Assembly (NCBI RefSeq): GCF_964213995.1
Contig: NW_027590205.1
Coordinates: 496,001-560,000 of the forward strand
Direction of reading: 5' to 3'
Origin: Mustelus asterias
Taxonomy: Eukaryota
DNA length: 64,000 nt
Numbering within the stretch: the first letter of the stretch is position 1; each line of letters opens with the position of its first letter. The notes under the pieces are model-generated. The model had not been told where the DNA came from and did not search any database. It saw only the letters and a program-made list of their open reading frames with translations. The translations under genes and the position numbers were made by a program. This document shows positions 10,854-23,193 of the stretch, in pieces.

Positions 10854-11387
10854 ATGGAGAGACATGATGATACTGACATCATAGAGAAACCGTGGATATG
10901 TGGAGACTGTGGGAAAGCATTCACTTGCCCATCCAAACTGGAAACTCATCGACGCACCCACACAGGGGAGAGACCCTTCACGTGTCCCGTGTGTTGGAAG
11001 GAATTTACTCAATCATCCTGCCTAACATTACACCAGCGAGTTCACACTGGAGAGAGACCATACACTTGCTCTGTGTGTGGGAAGGGATTCGTCCAGATGT
11101 ATAACCTACAATTACACAGGAGAGTTCACACTGGAGAGAGGCCGTTCACCTGCTCCGTGTGTGGGAAGCGATTCATTAATTCATCCAACCTTGTGACACA
11201 CCAGCGAGTTCACACTGAGGAGAGGCCATTCAGCTGCATTGACTGTGGAAAGAGCTTCAGACATTCATCCAGCCTCAAAGCACATCAGCGACTTCACACT
11301 GGGGAGAGACCATTCACCTGCTCAGAGTGTGGGAAGGGATTCACTACCTCCTCCCACCTGGTGACACACCAGCGACTTCACGAGTGA
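10854..11387 (+). CDS. C2H2 zinc-finger protein, 6 fingers
   Basis: Intact 177-aa ORF; candidate acceptor TTCTTTTGCAG at 10552. Confidence 0.85.
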   Translation: MERHDDTDIIEKPWICGDCGKAFTCPSKLETHRRTHTGERPFTCPVCWKEFTQSSCLTLHQRVHTGERPYTCSVCGKGFVQMYNLQLHRRVHTGERPFTCSVCGKRFINSSNLVTHQRVHTEERPFSCIDCGKSFRHSSSLKAHQRLHTGERPFTCSECGKGFTTSSHLVTHQRLHE

Positions 11388-11609
11388 ATGCAGGGAGTGG
11401 ATTCTGCTGTACCTGCTGCTGTTAATCACATCCAGGAGTGAGCCACATTCATTCTGACATTTGAGGTTTGTTTCTGCTGATAATAATCCCTGTAGCTGGG
11501 CTGGAGTTTAATATTCTCGATCGAGAGCTGATTGTGTTTTTGGGGTTGCCATTTCCCTTTAAGAACCACTGTCTGTGATCTTTCCCCATCATTCAGGAAC
11601 TCTCGTCAC

Positions 11610-11990
11610 CGATTCTTCACAGTACAGAAAGAGGCCATTCAGCCCACCAAGTCTGCACTGGCTCACTGAAAGAGCCTTATCCCATTCCCCTGCCATACTT
11701 CTGTAACCTTGCACACTCTTTCTTTTCAGATAACAATCCAATTCTCTTTTGAGTACCTTGATCAAACCTGCCTCCACTGCTCTCACAGGAAGTTTATTCC
11801 AGACTCCAACCACTCACGAGGTGAAAATAATTTTCCTTGCATCACTTTGACTCTGTTTTCCCCATTAACGTAGGTCTGTGCCCTCTAGTTCTTGATGTTC
11901 TCTTGGTGGGAACATTTTCTCACTATTTCACCTGCCCAATTCCTCAGGATCTTGAATACCTGTATTAATCTCCTCTCGACCATCTTCAAT
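11610..11990 (-). mobile_element. Old CR1 3' fragment
   Basis: VVGVWNKLP...FKRELD-like peptide. Confidence 0.7.
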
Positions 11991-12794
11991 CAGACAATTA
12001 ACATTTATTTCTTCTGATGTTAATCTCTAACTGACCTGGAATTTAATATTCTGAAATCTGTTAAATAAATCAGTTTTGTTCCAAACACACGGTGTGTTAA
12101 ATCCTTGATTTCTCCAGGATAAGAGATTAATTGATGTCTTGTTACTGACTTCTGTTTTTTGGTTCTTTTCTCCTTTTAACTCCAGATTATTTCAGTCTCA
12201 GACCTTCAGTTACACTCATTTTTTTAAAATTTGACTTATTATTGTATTAGCATAAAATGAAAAGTATTGTTTCTTATCATGGACAAGTCCCAGCTCCCTA
12301 TACTTTCTAGAATGTCTCTCCCAGCCTTGAGATCTAGGGAAGTTTTCAGTATTTAAAAACAGAAAATACTGGAAATTATAATCCATACTTTTCCAAGTGT
12401 CAGTTGATTGTGTCCCAGATTATTGGCTTTTCCCCACTGCTGATGTTAAGCTGATTGTTCTGTAATTGCTGTGTTTTTGAACAGGGATGTAACATTTACA
12501 TTCTCTGTCCTTTGTCACTACGACTCTATAAGGATTGGAAGGTTGTGGCCAGAGCTCCACAAGCTCCATGTGAAGGACAGTGTGTGTCAGAGTGCAGCAG
12601 TCCCTCAATGTCAGACTGCAGTGTCAGCCTAGATAATGTGCTCAGCTTGATGAGTATTTCCTGTTGTTATTGATGTGGATCATTCAGAAACAATGGTCTC
12701 TGATGATGTCATCCAGTCCTGCTGCGATGATGTCATAGAGACTATTACATCACAGCAGAGCCTTAGTAGTGAAAACAGTTTTGTTCCAGATGAG

Positions 12795-13720
12795 AGGTGA
12801 TGGCCCAATGGTATTATCCCTAGACTTAATCCATAAACTTAGCTAATGTTCTGGGGACCGGGTTCAAATCCCACCACAGCAAGTGGTGTAATTTGAACAA
12901 AGAACAAGAAAAAAGAAAATTATAGCACAGGAACAGGCTCTTTGGCCCTCCAAGCCTGCACTGATTATGCTGCCCGTCTGAACTAAACAGGCCTCCGGGG
13001 ACCATATCCCTCTATTCCCATTTTATTCATGCATTTGTCCAGTGTCCCTTAAAAGTCACTATCATATCTGCTTCCACTACCTCCCCCGGCAGCGAGTTCC
13101 AGGCACCTGCCACTCTTTGTAAAAAAAAAAACTTGCCTCGTACATTTAATTCAATAAAAATAATTGAATTCAATAAAAAAAAATCAGAATTAAGAATCTA
13201 CTGCTGACCATGAAACCATTGTCAATTGTCAGAAAAAAACCATTTGGTTCAGTAAAGTAAAAAGTAAAGTTTATTTATTAGTCACAAGTAGGCTTACATT
13301 AACAGTGCAGTGAAGTTACTGTGAAATTCCCCTGGTTGCCATACTCCGGCATTTGTTCGAGTCAATGCACCGAACCAGCATGTCTTTCAGACTGTGGGAG
13401 GAAACCGGAGCACCCGGAGGAAACCCACGCAGAGAACATGCAAACTCCACACAGACAGTGACCCAAGCCGGGAATCGAACCCGGGTCCCTGGCGCTGTGA
13501 GGCAACAGTGTTAACCACTGTGCCACCCCATGAATGTTCGTTTGGGGAAGGAAATCTGCTGTCCTTACCTGGTCTGGCCTACATGTGACTCCAGAGCCAT
13601 AGCAATGTGACTGACTGTCAACTGCCCTCTGAAATGGCCCAGTGAGCCACTCAGTTCGATGGTAACTAGGGATGGGCAATAAATGCTGGCCGTGCAGTGA
13701 CGCCCATGTCCCACAAATGC
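12795..13720 (+). mobile_element. Second tRNA-derived SINE family, interrupted by a CR1 tail (~12900-13145) and an HE1-like SINE (~13255-13530, minus)
   Basis: GGTTCAAATCCCACCAC B box and AGGAAATCTGCTGTCCTTACCTGGTCTGGCCTACATGTGACT body, also seen at 4530-4740. Confidence 0.65.
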
Positions 13721-13862
13721 ATAAAAAATCCTCACAGTTTAAATTCACACAGCCATTCTGTCTCCTTTTGTAATTACCACTCACTTCACCAGTTTAAAAA
13801 AATGGACGTCAATGAACATAATTCATTCCTGGATGTGATTTACAGTAAAATCCAGTCACTGA

Positions 13863-14900
13863 TTATTTGTGAACTCGCTGGTGGCTCATCAGGGTGAATG
13901 AGCGAGTGAATCTCTTCCCACACACGAAGCAGGTGAATGGTCTCTCCCCAGTGTGAATTCGCTGGTGTCTCTGCAGGGTGGCTGACTGAGTGAATCCTTT
14001 CTCACACTGCAAACAGATGAATGGCTTCTCCCCAGTGTGAACCCGCTGGTGTGCAGTCAGTTGACATAATTGTCTCAACCCAGTCCCGCAGTGAGAGCAC
14101 CTGAACGGTCTCTCGTCAGTGTGAACAAGCTGATGGCGCATCAGGTCCACAGAACCTTTATAGCATTTCTCACAGTCAGCACATTTAAAAGGTCTCTCAT
14201 CAGTGTGAACTCGCTGGTGTTTCAGCAGAGTGGACGAATCGCTGAATCCCTTCCCACATTTGGAGCAGGTGAATGTTCTCTCCCCTGTGTGAACTCGGTG
14301 GTGTTGTAGAAGCCCTGATGATCGAGTGAATCTCTTCCCACATTTGAAACAGATGAACGGCTTCTCCCCAGTGTGAATTCGCTGATGTGCAGTGAGTTCA
14401 GATGATTGTCTGAACCCAGTCTCACAGTGAGAGCATCTGAAGGGTCTCTCGTCAGTATGAACATGCTGATGTCGCATTAGGTTCTGAGAACTTTTATAGC
14501 ACTTCCCACAGTCCAGGCATTTAAATGGTCTCTCGTCAGTGTGAACTTGCTGATGTTTCAGCAGAGTGGATGAATCAGTAAATCCCTTCCCACACTTGGA
14601 GCAGGTGAATGGCCTCTCCCCAATGTGAATTCGGTGGTGTTGTTGCAGCCCAGATGATCGAGTGAATCCCTTCCCACACTCGGGACAGGTGAATGGCTTC
14701 TGCCCATTATGAACACGCTGGTGCCTCAACAGGTTGGATGACCAAGTGAATCCCTTCCCACACTCGGGGCAGGTGAATGGCCTCTCCCCAGTGTGACAGG
14801 GCTGATGAGTTTCCAGCTCAGACAGGGATCTGAATCCCTGCTCACAGTCCCCAGATTTCCACGGTTTATCTACACTGTGAACATTGCTGTTTTCTTGCAT
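13863..14900 (-). CDS. C2H2 zinc-finger protein, 11 intact fingers plus 1 degenerate (subfamily B)
   Basis: Open frame 13863-14963 with first ATG at 14900; HTDERPFKC and RCSHC fingers. Confidence 0.88.
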   Translation of the reverse strand: MQENSNVHSVDKPWKSGDCEQGFRSLSELETHQPCHTGERPFTCPECGKGFTWSSNLLRHQRVHNGQKPFTCPECGKGFTRSSGLQQHHRIHIGERPFTCSKCGKGFTDSSTLLKHQQVHTDERPFKCLDCGKCYKSSQNLMRHQHVHTDERPFRCSHCETGFRQSSELTAHQRIHTGEKPFICFKCGKRFTRSSGLLQHHRVHTGERTFTCSKCGKGFSDSSTLLKHQRVHTDERPFKCADCEKCYKGSVDLMRHQLVHTDERPFRCSHCGTGLRQLCQLTAHQRVHTGEKPFICLQCEKGFTQSATLQRHQRIHTGERPFTCFVCGKRFTRSFTLMSHQRVHK

Positions 14901-15400
14901 GTTAAAAACCCGATGATATTCAGATCCTGATGTGATGTTTGGTTTCAGTTTCCCTGACTGCAAATCTTCCCCTTCTAACGCCCTGTGAAACTGAGTTAAA
15001 ACAGAAAAAATGGAGTGAGAGAGAACTCACAAAAACAGAAAGGCAGGTTGTGAAATTGAGCTGGTTTTAGCGCCAATTTCCCACCCACTTCCCGAATCCT
15101 TTGATTCCCTGAAAGATCTCTCCAGCTCTGGGCTAGAATTTTCCTCCATTTTAATCCTGGGAAAACTGCAGTTATTGTCACCGCTCTCTGCTACAAATTC
15201 TACCCACTGACTCCATCCCTCTCCTCGGAAACTGTCTGAGACTGAGCCAGACTGTTCACATAGCAAAATATTTCACCCAACCTGAGAATCTGACCACAAA
15301 TCCACATCATTACCAAGACCAGTTCCACCTCAGTAACATCACCCAACTCCAGTCTCCTCTCAGTTCATCTGCTGCTGAAACCGTCACCCATTCCTTTGTT

Positions 15401-18000
15401 TTGATTTGATTTATTATTGTCACATGTATTAGTATACAGTGAAAAGTATTGTTTCCTGTGTGCTATACAGACAAACCATACCGTTCATAGAGAAGGAAAC
15501 AAGACTGTAGTGCTACAGTCATAGCTAGGGTGTAGAGAAAGATCAACTTAATGCAACGTAGGTCCATTCAAAAGTCTGATGGCAGCAGGGAAGAAGCTGT
15601 CCTTGAGTCATTTGGTACGTGACCTCAAACATTTGTATCTTTTGCCCGACGGAAGAAGGTGGAAGAGAGAATGTCCGGGGTGTGTGGGGTCCTTAATTAT
15701 GCTGGCTGCTTTTCCCGAGGCAGCAGGAAATGTAGACAGAGTTAATGGATGGGAGGCTGGTTTGAGTGATGGATTGGGCTACATTCACGACATTCTGTAG
15801 TTCCTTGCGGTCTTGGGCAGAGCAGGAGCCATACCAAGCTAATGCTTTCTATGGTGCATCTGTAAAAGTTGGTGAGAGTCATAGCTAACGTGGCAAATTT
15901 CATAGAGTCATACAGGTTTACAGCATGGAAACGGGCCCTTCAGCCCAACTTGCCATGCTGCCCTTTTTTTTTAAACCCCTAAGCTCGTCCCAATTGCCCG
16001 CATTTGGCCCATATCCCTCTATACCCATCTTACCCATGTAACTATCTAAATGTTTTTTAAAAGACAAAATTGTACCCACCTCTACTACTACCTCTGGCAG
16101 CTTGTTCCAGACACTTTGCCCCCCTGGATCCTTTTGTATCTCTCCTCTCTCACCTTAAACCTATGCCCTCTAGTTTTAGACTCCCCTACCTTTGGGAAAA
16201 GATATTGACTATCTCGCTGATCTATGCCTCTCATTATTTTATAGACCTCTATAAGATCACCCCTCAGCCTTCTATGCTCCAGAGAAAAAAAGTCCCAGTC
16301 TATCCAGCCTCTCCTTACAACTCAAACCATCAAGTCCCAGTAGCATCCTAGTAAATCTCTTCTGCACTCTTCTAGTTTAATAATATCCTTTCTATAATAG
16401 GGTGACCAGAACTGACACAGTATTCCAAGTGTGGCCTTACCAATGTCTTGTACAACTTCAACAACTCCTGTATTCAATGTTCTGACCAATGAAACCAAGC
16501 ATGCTGAATGCCTTCTTCACCACTCTGTCCACCGGTGACTCCACTTTCAAGGAGCTATGAACCTGTACCCCTAGGTCTCTTTGTTCTGTAACTCTCCCCA
16601 ATGGCCTACCATTAACTGAGTAAGTCCTGCCCTGGTTCAATCGACCAAAATGCAATATCTCGCATTTATGTAAATTAAACTCCATCTGCCATTCGTCAGC
16701 TCACTGACCTAATTGATCAAGATCCCGTTGCAATCCGAGATAACCTTCTTCACTGTCGACTATGCCACCAATCTTGGTGTCATCTGCAAACTTACTAACC
16801 ATGCCTCCTATATTCTCATCCAAATCATTAATATAAAATGACAAATAACAGTGGGCCCAGCACTGATCCCTGAGGCACTCCGCTGGTCACAGGTCTCCAG
16901 TTTGAAAAACAACCCTCTACAACCACCCTCTGGCTTCTGTCATCAAGCCAATTTTGTATCCATTTAGCTCCCTCACCCTGGATCCCGTGAGATTTTCCTT
17001 AGTTTTCTGAGAAGGTAGAGGTGTTGGTGGGCTTTCTTAACTATAGTGTTGGCTTGGGGGGACCAGGACAGGTTGTTAATGATCTGGGCACCTAAAAACT
17101 TGAAGCTTTCGACCATTTCTACTTCATCCCTGTTGGTGTAGACAGGGCACGTTCTCCATTATGTTTCCTTAAGTCGATGGCAATCTCCTTCATTTCTGAT
17201 TACAATGAGGGGGAGATTATTGTTGCCGCACCAGTTCCCCAGATTCTCTATCTCATTCCTGAACTCTGTCTCGTCATTGTTGGAGATCCGACCCACTACA
17301 GGTGTCACCAGCAAACCTGAAAATCAAGTTGGAGGGGAATTTGGCCGCACAGTCACAGGTGTATAAGGAGTATAGTCAGGGCTGAGAACACAGCCTTGTT
17401 GGGCATCGGTGTTGATTTCTCATCCTTGTTCTCAAATCCCTCCATGGTTTCACCCCTCCCTATCTCTGTAATCTCCTCTCGCTTCACAACCCTCCAATAT
17501 CTGCATTCCTTGCCTTTCCTTACTGATTGTGGTCTGTGGGTTAGGAAGTTCAGCATTCAGTCGCAGAGGGAGGAGCCGAGCCCAGGCCACTGAGTTTGGA
17601 GATGAGTTTCGTGGGGATAATGATGTTGAAGGCTGAACTGTAGTCAATAAATAGGAGTCTGACATCGCTGTCTTTGTAATCTCGATGTTCCAGGGTTGAG
17701 TGCAGGGCCAGGGAAATGGCGTCTGCTGTGGACGTGTTGGGTGGTAGGCGAACTGTAGTGGATCCAGGCAGTCCGAGAGGCTGGAATTGATTAGTGCCAT
17801 GACTAACCTTTCAAAGCACTTCATAATGATGGATGTTAGACCCACCGGATGATAGTCATTAAGGAATGCTGCTTGGCTTTTCTTTGGTACCGGGATGATG
17901 GCCATCTTCTTGAAGCAGATAGGACCTCAGATTGTTGTAAAGAGAGGTTGATGATGTCTGCGAATACCCCCGTCAGCTGGTCCGTGCAGGATCTGAGTGC
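15401..18000 (-). mobile_element. Rex1/Babar-type LINE, 5'-truncated
   Basis: IIPVPKK...[21 protein letters not shown]...[10 protein letters not shown] motif; 3' tail ATAAATCAAATCAAA. Confidence 0.8.
15901..16995 (-). mobile_element. CR1 fragment nested inside the Rex1 element
   Basis: MEFNLHKCEILHFGR...QRDLGVQVHSSLKV; [10 protein letters not shown] at ~16855-16885. Confidence 0.85.
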
Positions 18001-18679
18001 TTGTTACCATTAGACTTAATCATTCTAACACACCCCTGGCCGGTCTCCCTCACTCAACCTGTCTATTAACTTGAGGTCATCACAATTCTGCTGCCCACGT
18101 GTTTACTCATTCCAAATCTTGTTCACCCATCACCCCTGTGCTACAAAGGCTCCTGTTTATGAATCAACATTTTAAATTTCTCATCCTTGTTCTCAAGTCC
18201 CTCCATGGTTTCACCCCTCCCTATCTCTGTCATCTCCTCTCACCTCACAACCCTCCAATATCTCAGCATTCCTTTCATTCCGGCTTCCTCAGCATTCACA
18301 GTTTTAATCACTCCATCATACGTGTCCGCACTCCCAGTTACCAAGGCCATACTCTTTGGAATTTCCCCCTAAACTGCTCCCCCTCTGTATCTTCCTTCCC
18401 CCCTTTAAGATACTCATTAAAACTACCTCTTTAACCAAGCCTTCACCCATCCACCCTCATGTCTGCTCACATGACTCTATGTCAAATGTTGCTTTATAAC
18501 ACACCTGAGAAACGCCTCAGAATGCTCCAGTACATGAAAGATGCTGTATAAATACACATTGTAATTGTTGATTTGGAGATGTATCACTGTCCCTTCATCA
18601 TCACTGGGTGAATAGCCTGTAACTCTTGACCTAAAGGGGAGCACCTTCACCACATGGACTGCAGCTGATCAAGAAGATA

Positions 18680-19020
18680 AAACCCTACAGTACAGAAAGA
18701 AGCCATTCGGCCCATCGAGTCTGCACCAACCACAATCCCACCCAGGCCCTACCCCCATATCCCTACATATTTTACCTGCTAATCCCTCTAATCTACACAT
18801 CCCAGGACACTAAGGGGCAATTTTTTTTTTAGCATAGCCAATTAACCTAACCCACACATCTTTGGACTGTGGGAGGAAACCGGAGCACCCAGAGGAAACC
18901 CACGCAGATACGAGGAGAATGTGCAAACTCCACACAGACAGTAACCCAAGCCAGGAATCGAACCCAGGTCCCTGGAGCTGTGAAGCAGCAGTGCTAACCA
19001 CTGTGCTACCGTGCCGCCCG
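18680..19020 (-). mobile_element. HE1-like SINE
   Basis: Full consensus, reverse orientation. Confidence 0.88.
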
Positions 19021-19229
19021 TTTTGGGGATGGGAAATATTTTCTGTTGGTCTTGTTAGTGAAAAGACAGGGTAGTGGGATGAGCTGATTCCCTTGTAGAG
19101 AACCAGCAAATGCATGACGGGTTAGTCATTTTCTGTAGTGTAATAATTCAATGTTTCTGTGGCTTAATGAAAAAGAGACCAATTCTGGAGGCCAGGAACT
19201 AACTTCTGGAATCAATGCCCACTGCCTCC

Positions 19230-19660
19230 AATCGAGGTGGCGGCTGCACATTGCCCCCTATAAAGATGGCCACCGTCCTGCTGTCCATTGCCCCCAATAA
19301 ATATGGCGGCCACGCTGCCCATTGTTCTCGAAAGATGGAGGCTGCAAAATCGGTCAGGCAGGGCCTCGGGCGTCTTATTTGTGGTTTGAAGCTAATATCC
19401 GATGTTTATGAAAGCTCCGCTTCCTATACCGGGTGTTTGAGTCCTCCCTTTTGACTCTCAGGCTCCATTTAATCTCACTCACCCGCTATCTCCAATCAGT
19501 TTCTGGTCTCCCTGCTGCTCTGACACCACCCCATCCGACCACTGCCTACACCGCACTGCGCATGCTCCAGTCAGAGAGGCACTGAGCCTGCGCAATGATC
19601 TCCTGTATTGAAGATAGGGTATCGTCACCCTCTCGGTGCATGCTGGGTAATGGCACCGCC
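19230..19660 (-). promoter_or_regulatory. Promoter/first-exon region, probably for the 13863 ZNF gene
   Basis: Three AAGATGG/AATATGGCGGC YY1-like sites (19262-19340), CTGCGCATGCTC (19556), minus-strand donor GG|GTGAGT at ~19482. Confidence 0.55.
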
Positions 19661-20629
19661 ATTGCCACTTGATATTGTCAAATACAAATATATCTTTTGT
19701 GGTCCATGATCAGAATGACTGGCCTGGCCGAGAATGGCTTACTCCTGTTCCTATTTTCTATGAAAATATATTTAAAAAAGGCTTATTTTAAATTACTTAA
19801 CACCTTTCTTGAAATAGTGTGCACACTGTAATTACCACAATCATTTGTCAGTCTGGGAATTTAAACCTGCTGTTTCACTTTCAGTCAGGAGCACGTCCCA
19901 GTTTCACACTAATCTTTGATTTGATAGCACATTTCCAGCCTTCACCGTTGTTCAAAATTTTTGCAAACTCTTGGCAGCTGTGACGGAATTTGTAAAGACA
20001 GAAACAGAGTCAATGTTTCCAGTCCAATATGACTCTTCAGTTCCAAAACATTAGCTCTGTTTCTGCAGAGATGCTACCAAACCTGCTGAGTTTTTCTAGC
20101 TTTGTTTTTATTTCCGATTTCCAGCATCTGTAATATTTTGATTTTCTTTCACAATTGTTCACCTAACTCGAAACATAGTTATAAAAGAGCCTTCTGTTCC
20201 ATGTCTAGGAGCTCTGGACTATAGAAAAGAGCAGTTGGGACACATTTCTTACACACCTCAGGATTAACCCACTTTGCTGTCAGTGAAGAGAGATGAGAAA
20301 GTCCAAAGTGCTGTTTGTCCCTCTCAGTGTGACCCTATGGCAGGAACAGACTGCAGTTCTGTTCTTGCTGTGTGAACCTCCCCCAGATTGCCCTTCTGAG
20401 CTCCAGCCAGGCAATGTTAAACATTCAGCTGGGAAAGACGAACATCTGCAACTATGTATTCAAATATCACTGTTTTATTTCACATTTATTTAGAATATTA
20501 AACTCCAGTCCAGTTACAGGGATTATTAACATAATCAGAAACAAACTCCAAATATCAGAATGAACATAGTCCAGTCCTGAATGTGATTCACAGCAGCAGC
20601 AGTAACAGCAGAATCCAGCCCCTGTAGTA

Positions 20630-21310
20630 ACTTATGAACTTGCTGGTGTGTCAGAAGGTGAGGTAACCAAATGAATCTCTTCTCACATGGAATAGGTGAA
20701 CAGCCTGTGAATGTGTTTGTGTATCAGCAGATACATTTTGCATTTAAATCTCTGCTCACAGTCAGAAGTTTGAAAAAGTTCCTTATCAGTGTGAACAAGT
20801 TGATGTGCAGTGAAGTGGGATGACTGAGTAAATCTCTTGCTAAACATGGAGCAGGTGAACAGCCTCTCCCAGAGTGAGTGCACTGGTGGACACTGAGTTC
20901 ACATGACCAGCTGAACCCAGTCCCATAGTGAGAGACTCTGGATGGTCTGCTGTCAGTGTGAACCTGCTGATAGCACATCAGATTCATAGAAATTTTAAAA
21001 CATTTCCCACACTCCAGACATTTGAAACACATTCCATCAGTGTGAACTCACTGGTGTGTTAACAAAACGAATGAATCAGTGAATTGCTTCCCACACATGG
21101 AGCAGGTGAATGACCTCTCCCTGGTGTGAACTCTCTGCTGTTGCTGCAGGATGGACAATCGCTTGAACCTCTCCCTGCACTGAGAGCAGATGAATGGAGT
21201 GGAACGGACTGAATGCACTGGTGAACCATCAGTGAATGTGGGTTTTTAAAGCTCCTGTCACAGTCTCAGCATTTAAATCCTCTCTCTGCAGTATGAACCC
21301 ACTGGTGTGT
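20630..21310 (-). pseudogene. Decayed zinc-finger pseudogene
   Basis: Finger remnants (CLECGKCFK, CSMFSKRFTQSSH) with frameshifts and lost ligands; family 3' UTR at 20490-20630. Confidence 0.85.
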
Positions 21311-21579
21311 GTGGAGACTGGATGGAGAAAAGTGGAAGTTCGGGGCTCAGACAAGAGGGATGTTTAGAGACAGTTTGGCCCATTGGGCTAATGGAATGGA
21401 GCAAAGCAACAGAGACAGCTGATTGGATTATCTCAATCTTAGTGACAAAGTATTTCCATGAGCTCCTCACACTTGTTGTTGGATGTGAGGATGGAGGAAA
21501 CGGGAGAGGGAGAGCCCTTCAAAAGGAACTGACTTGTATTAGAGTTATTAAAAATATTCACGATGTGAATATCTTTCGA

Positions 21580-22822
21580 ACTTGATTGAGTTTTTCGAGG
21601 AAGTGATGAAGATGATTGATGAGGGTAGGGCAGTGGATGGTGTCTACATGGACTTCAGTAAGGCCTTTGACAAGGTCCCTTACGGCAGACTGGTGCAGAA
21701 AGTGAAGTCGCATGGGATCAGAGGTGAGCTAGCGAGGTGGATACAAAACTGGCTCGGTCAAAGAAGACAGAGGGTAGCAGTGGAAGTGTTTCTGAATGGA
21801 GGGCTGTGGCAAGTGGTGTTCTTCAGGGATCAGTGCTGGGACCTTTGCTGTTTGTAATATATATAAATGATTTGGAGGAAAATGTAACTGGATTGATTAG
21901 TAAGTTTGCGGACGACACAAAGGTTGGTGGATTTGCGGAAAGCGATGAGGACCATCAGAGGATACAGCAGGATATAGATCAGTTGGAGACTTGGGCGGAG
22001 AAATGGCAGATGAAGTTTAACCCGGACAAATGTGAGGTAATGCATTTTGGAAGGTCTAATACAGATAGGAAATATACAGTAAATGGCAGAACCCTTAAGA
22101 GTATTGATAGGCAGAGGGATCTGGGTGTACAGCTACACAGGCCACTGAAAGTGGCAATGCAGGTGGAGAAGGTAGTCAAGAAGGCATACAGCATGCTTGC
22201 CTTCATCGGCCGGGGTATTGAGTTTAAAAATTGGCAAGTCATGTTGCAGCTTTATAGAACCTTAGTTAGGCCGCACTTGGAATATAGTGTTCAATTCTGG
22301 TCGCCACACTACCAGAAGGATGTGGAGGCTTTGGAGAAGGTATAGAAAAGATTTACCAGGATGTTGCCTGGTATGGAGGGCATTAGCTATGCGGAGAGGT
22401 TGGAGAAACTTGGTTTGTTCTCACTGGAGCGACGGAGGTTGAGGGGAGACCTGATAGAAGTCTACAAGATTATGAGAGGCATGGACAGAGTGGATAGTCA
22501 GAAGCTTTTTCCCAGGGTGGAAGAGTCAATTACTAGGGGGCATAGGTTTAAGGTGCGAGGGGCAAGGTTTAAAGGAGATGTTCGAGGCAAATTTGTTACG
22601 CAGAGAGTAGTGGGTGCCTGGAACACGTTGCCAGGGGTATAGTGGAAGCGGATACGGTAGTGACTTTTAAGGGGCATCTTGACAAGTCCCTGAATAGGAT
22701 GGGAATAGGCAGATATGGTCCCCGGAAGGGTAGGGGGTTTTAGTTAAGTCAGGCAGCATGGTCAGTGCAGGCTTGGAGGGCCGAAGGGCCTGTTCCTGTG
22801 CTGTAATTTTCTTTGTTCTTTG
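21580..22822 (+). mobile_element. 5'-truncated CR1 LINE
   Basis: [28 protein letters not shown] and RPHLEYSVQFW, with a 3' tail. Confidence 0.92.
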
Positions 22823-22834
22823 ATGTTTAACACA

Positions 22835-23110
22835 AATCTAGAATACCTAAGTGCAGGAGGAGGCCATTTGGCCCATTGAGCATACACTGATAACAATCCC
22901 ACCCAGGCCCTATCCTCGTAACTCCATGTATTTGCCCTGCTAATCCCCCTGACAATGAGGAGCCACTTAGCATGGCCAATCAACCTGACCCACAAACCTT
23001 TGGACTGCCGGAGGAAATCCACGCAGTCATCCGGCATTCCAGGGCTGGAATTGAACTCGGGTCCCTAGCGCCGTGAAGCAGCAGTGCCAACAACTGTTAC
23101 CGTGCCGCCC
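22835..23110 (-). mobile_element. HE1-like SINE in the ZNF 3' region
   Basis: Consensus with an internal deletion. Confidence 0.75.
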
Positions 23111-23193
23111 TGAGATGGAGTTTATTAACATCAGCAGAAACAGAGCCCAATGAATAGGGTTCATTTCTGAATGTAATTGATGGCAAAATCCAC

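Larger units (their letters stand above)
15150..18560 (+). mobile_element. L2-like LINE 3' region, split by nested insertions (pieces 15150-15400 and 18001-18560)
   Basis: SSSAAETVTHSFV|TIRL..SNTPLAGLP...SPITPVL continues across the insertion; TTGTT is duplicated at 15396 and 18001. Confidence 0.7.
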
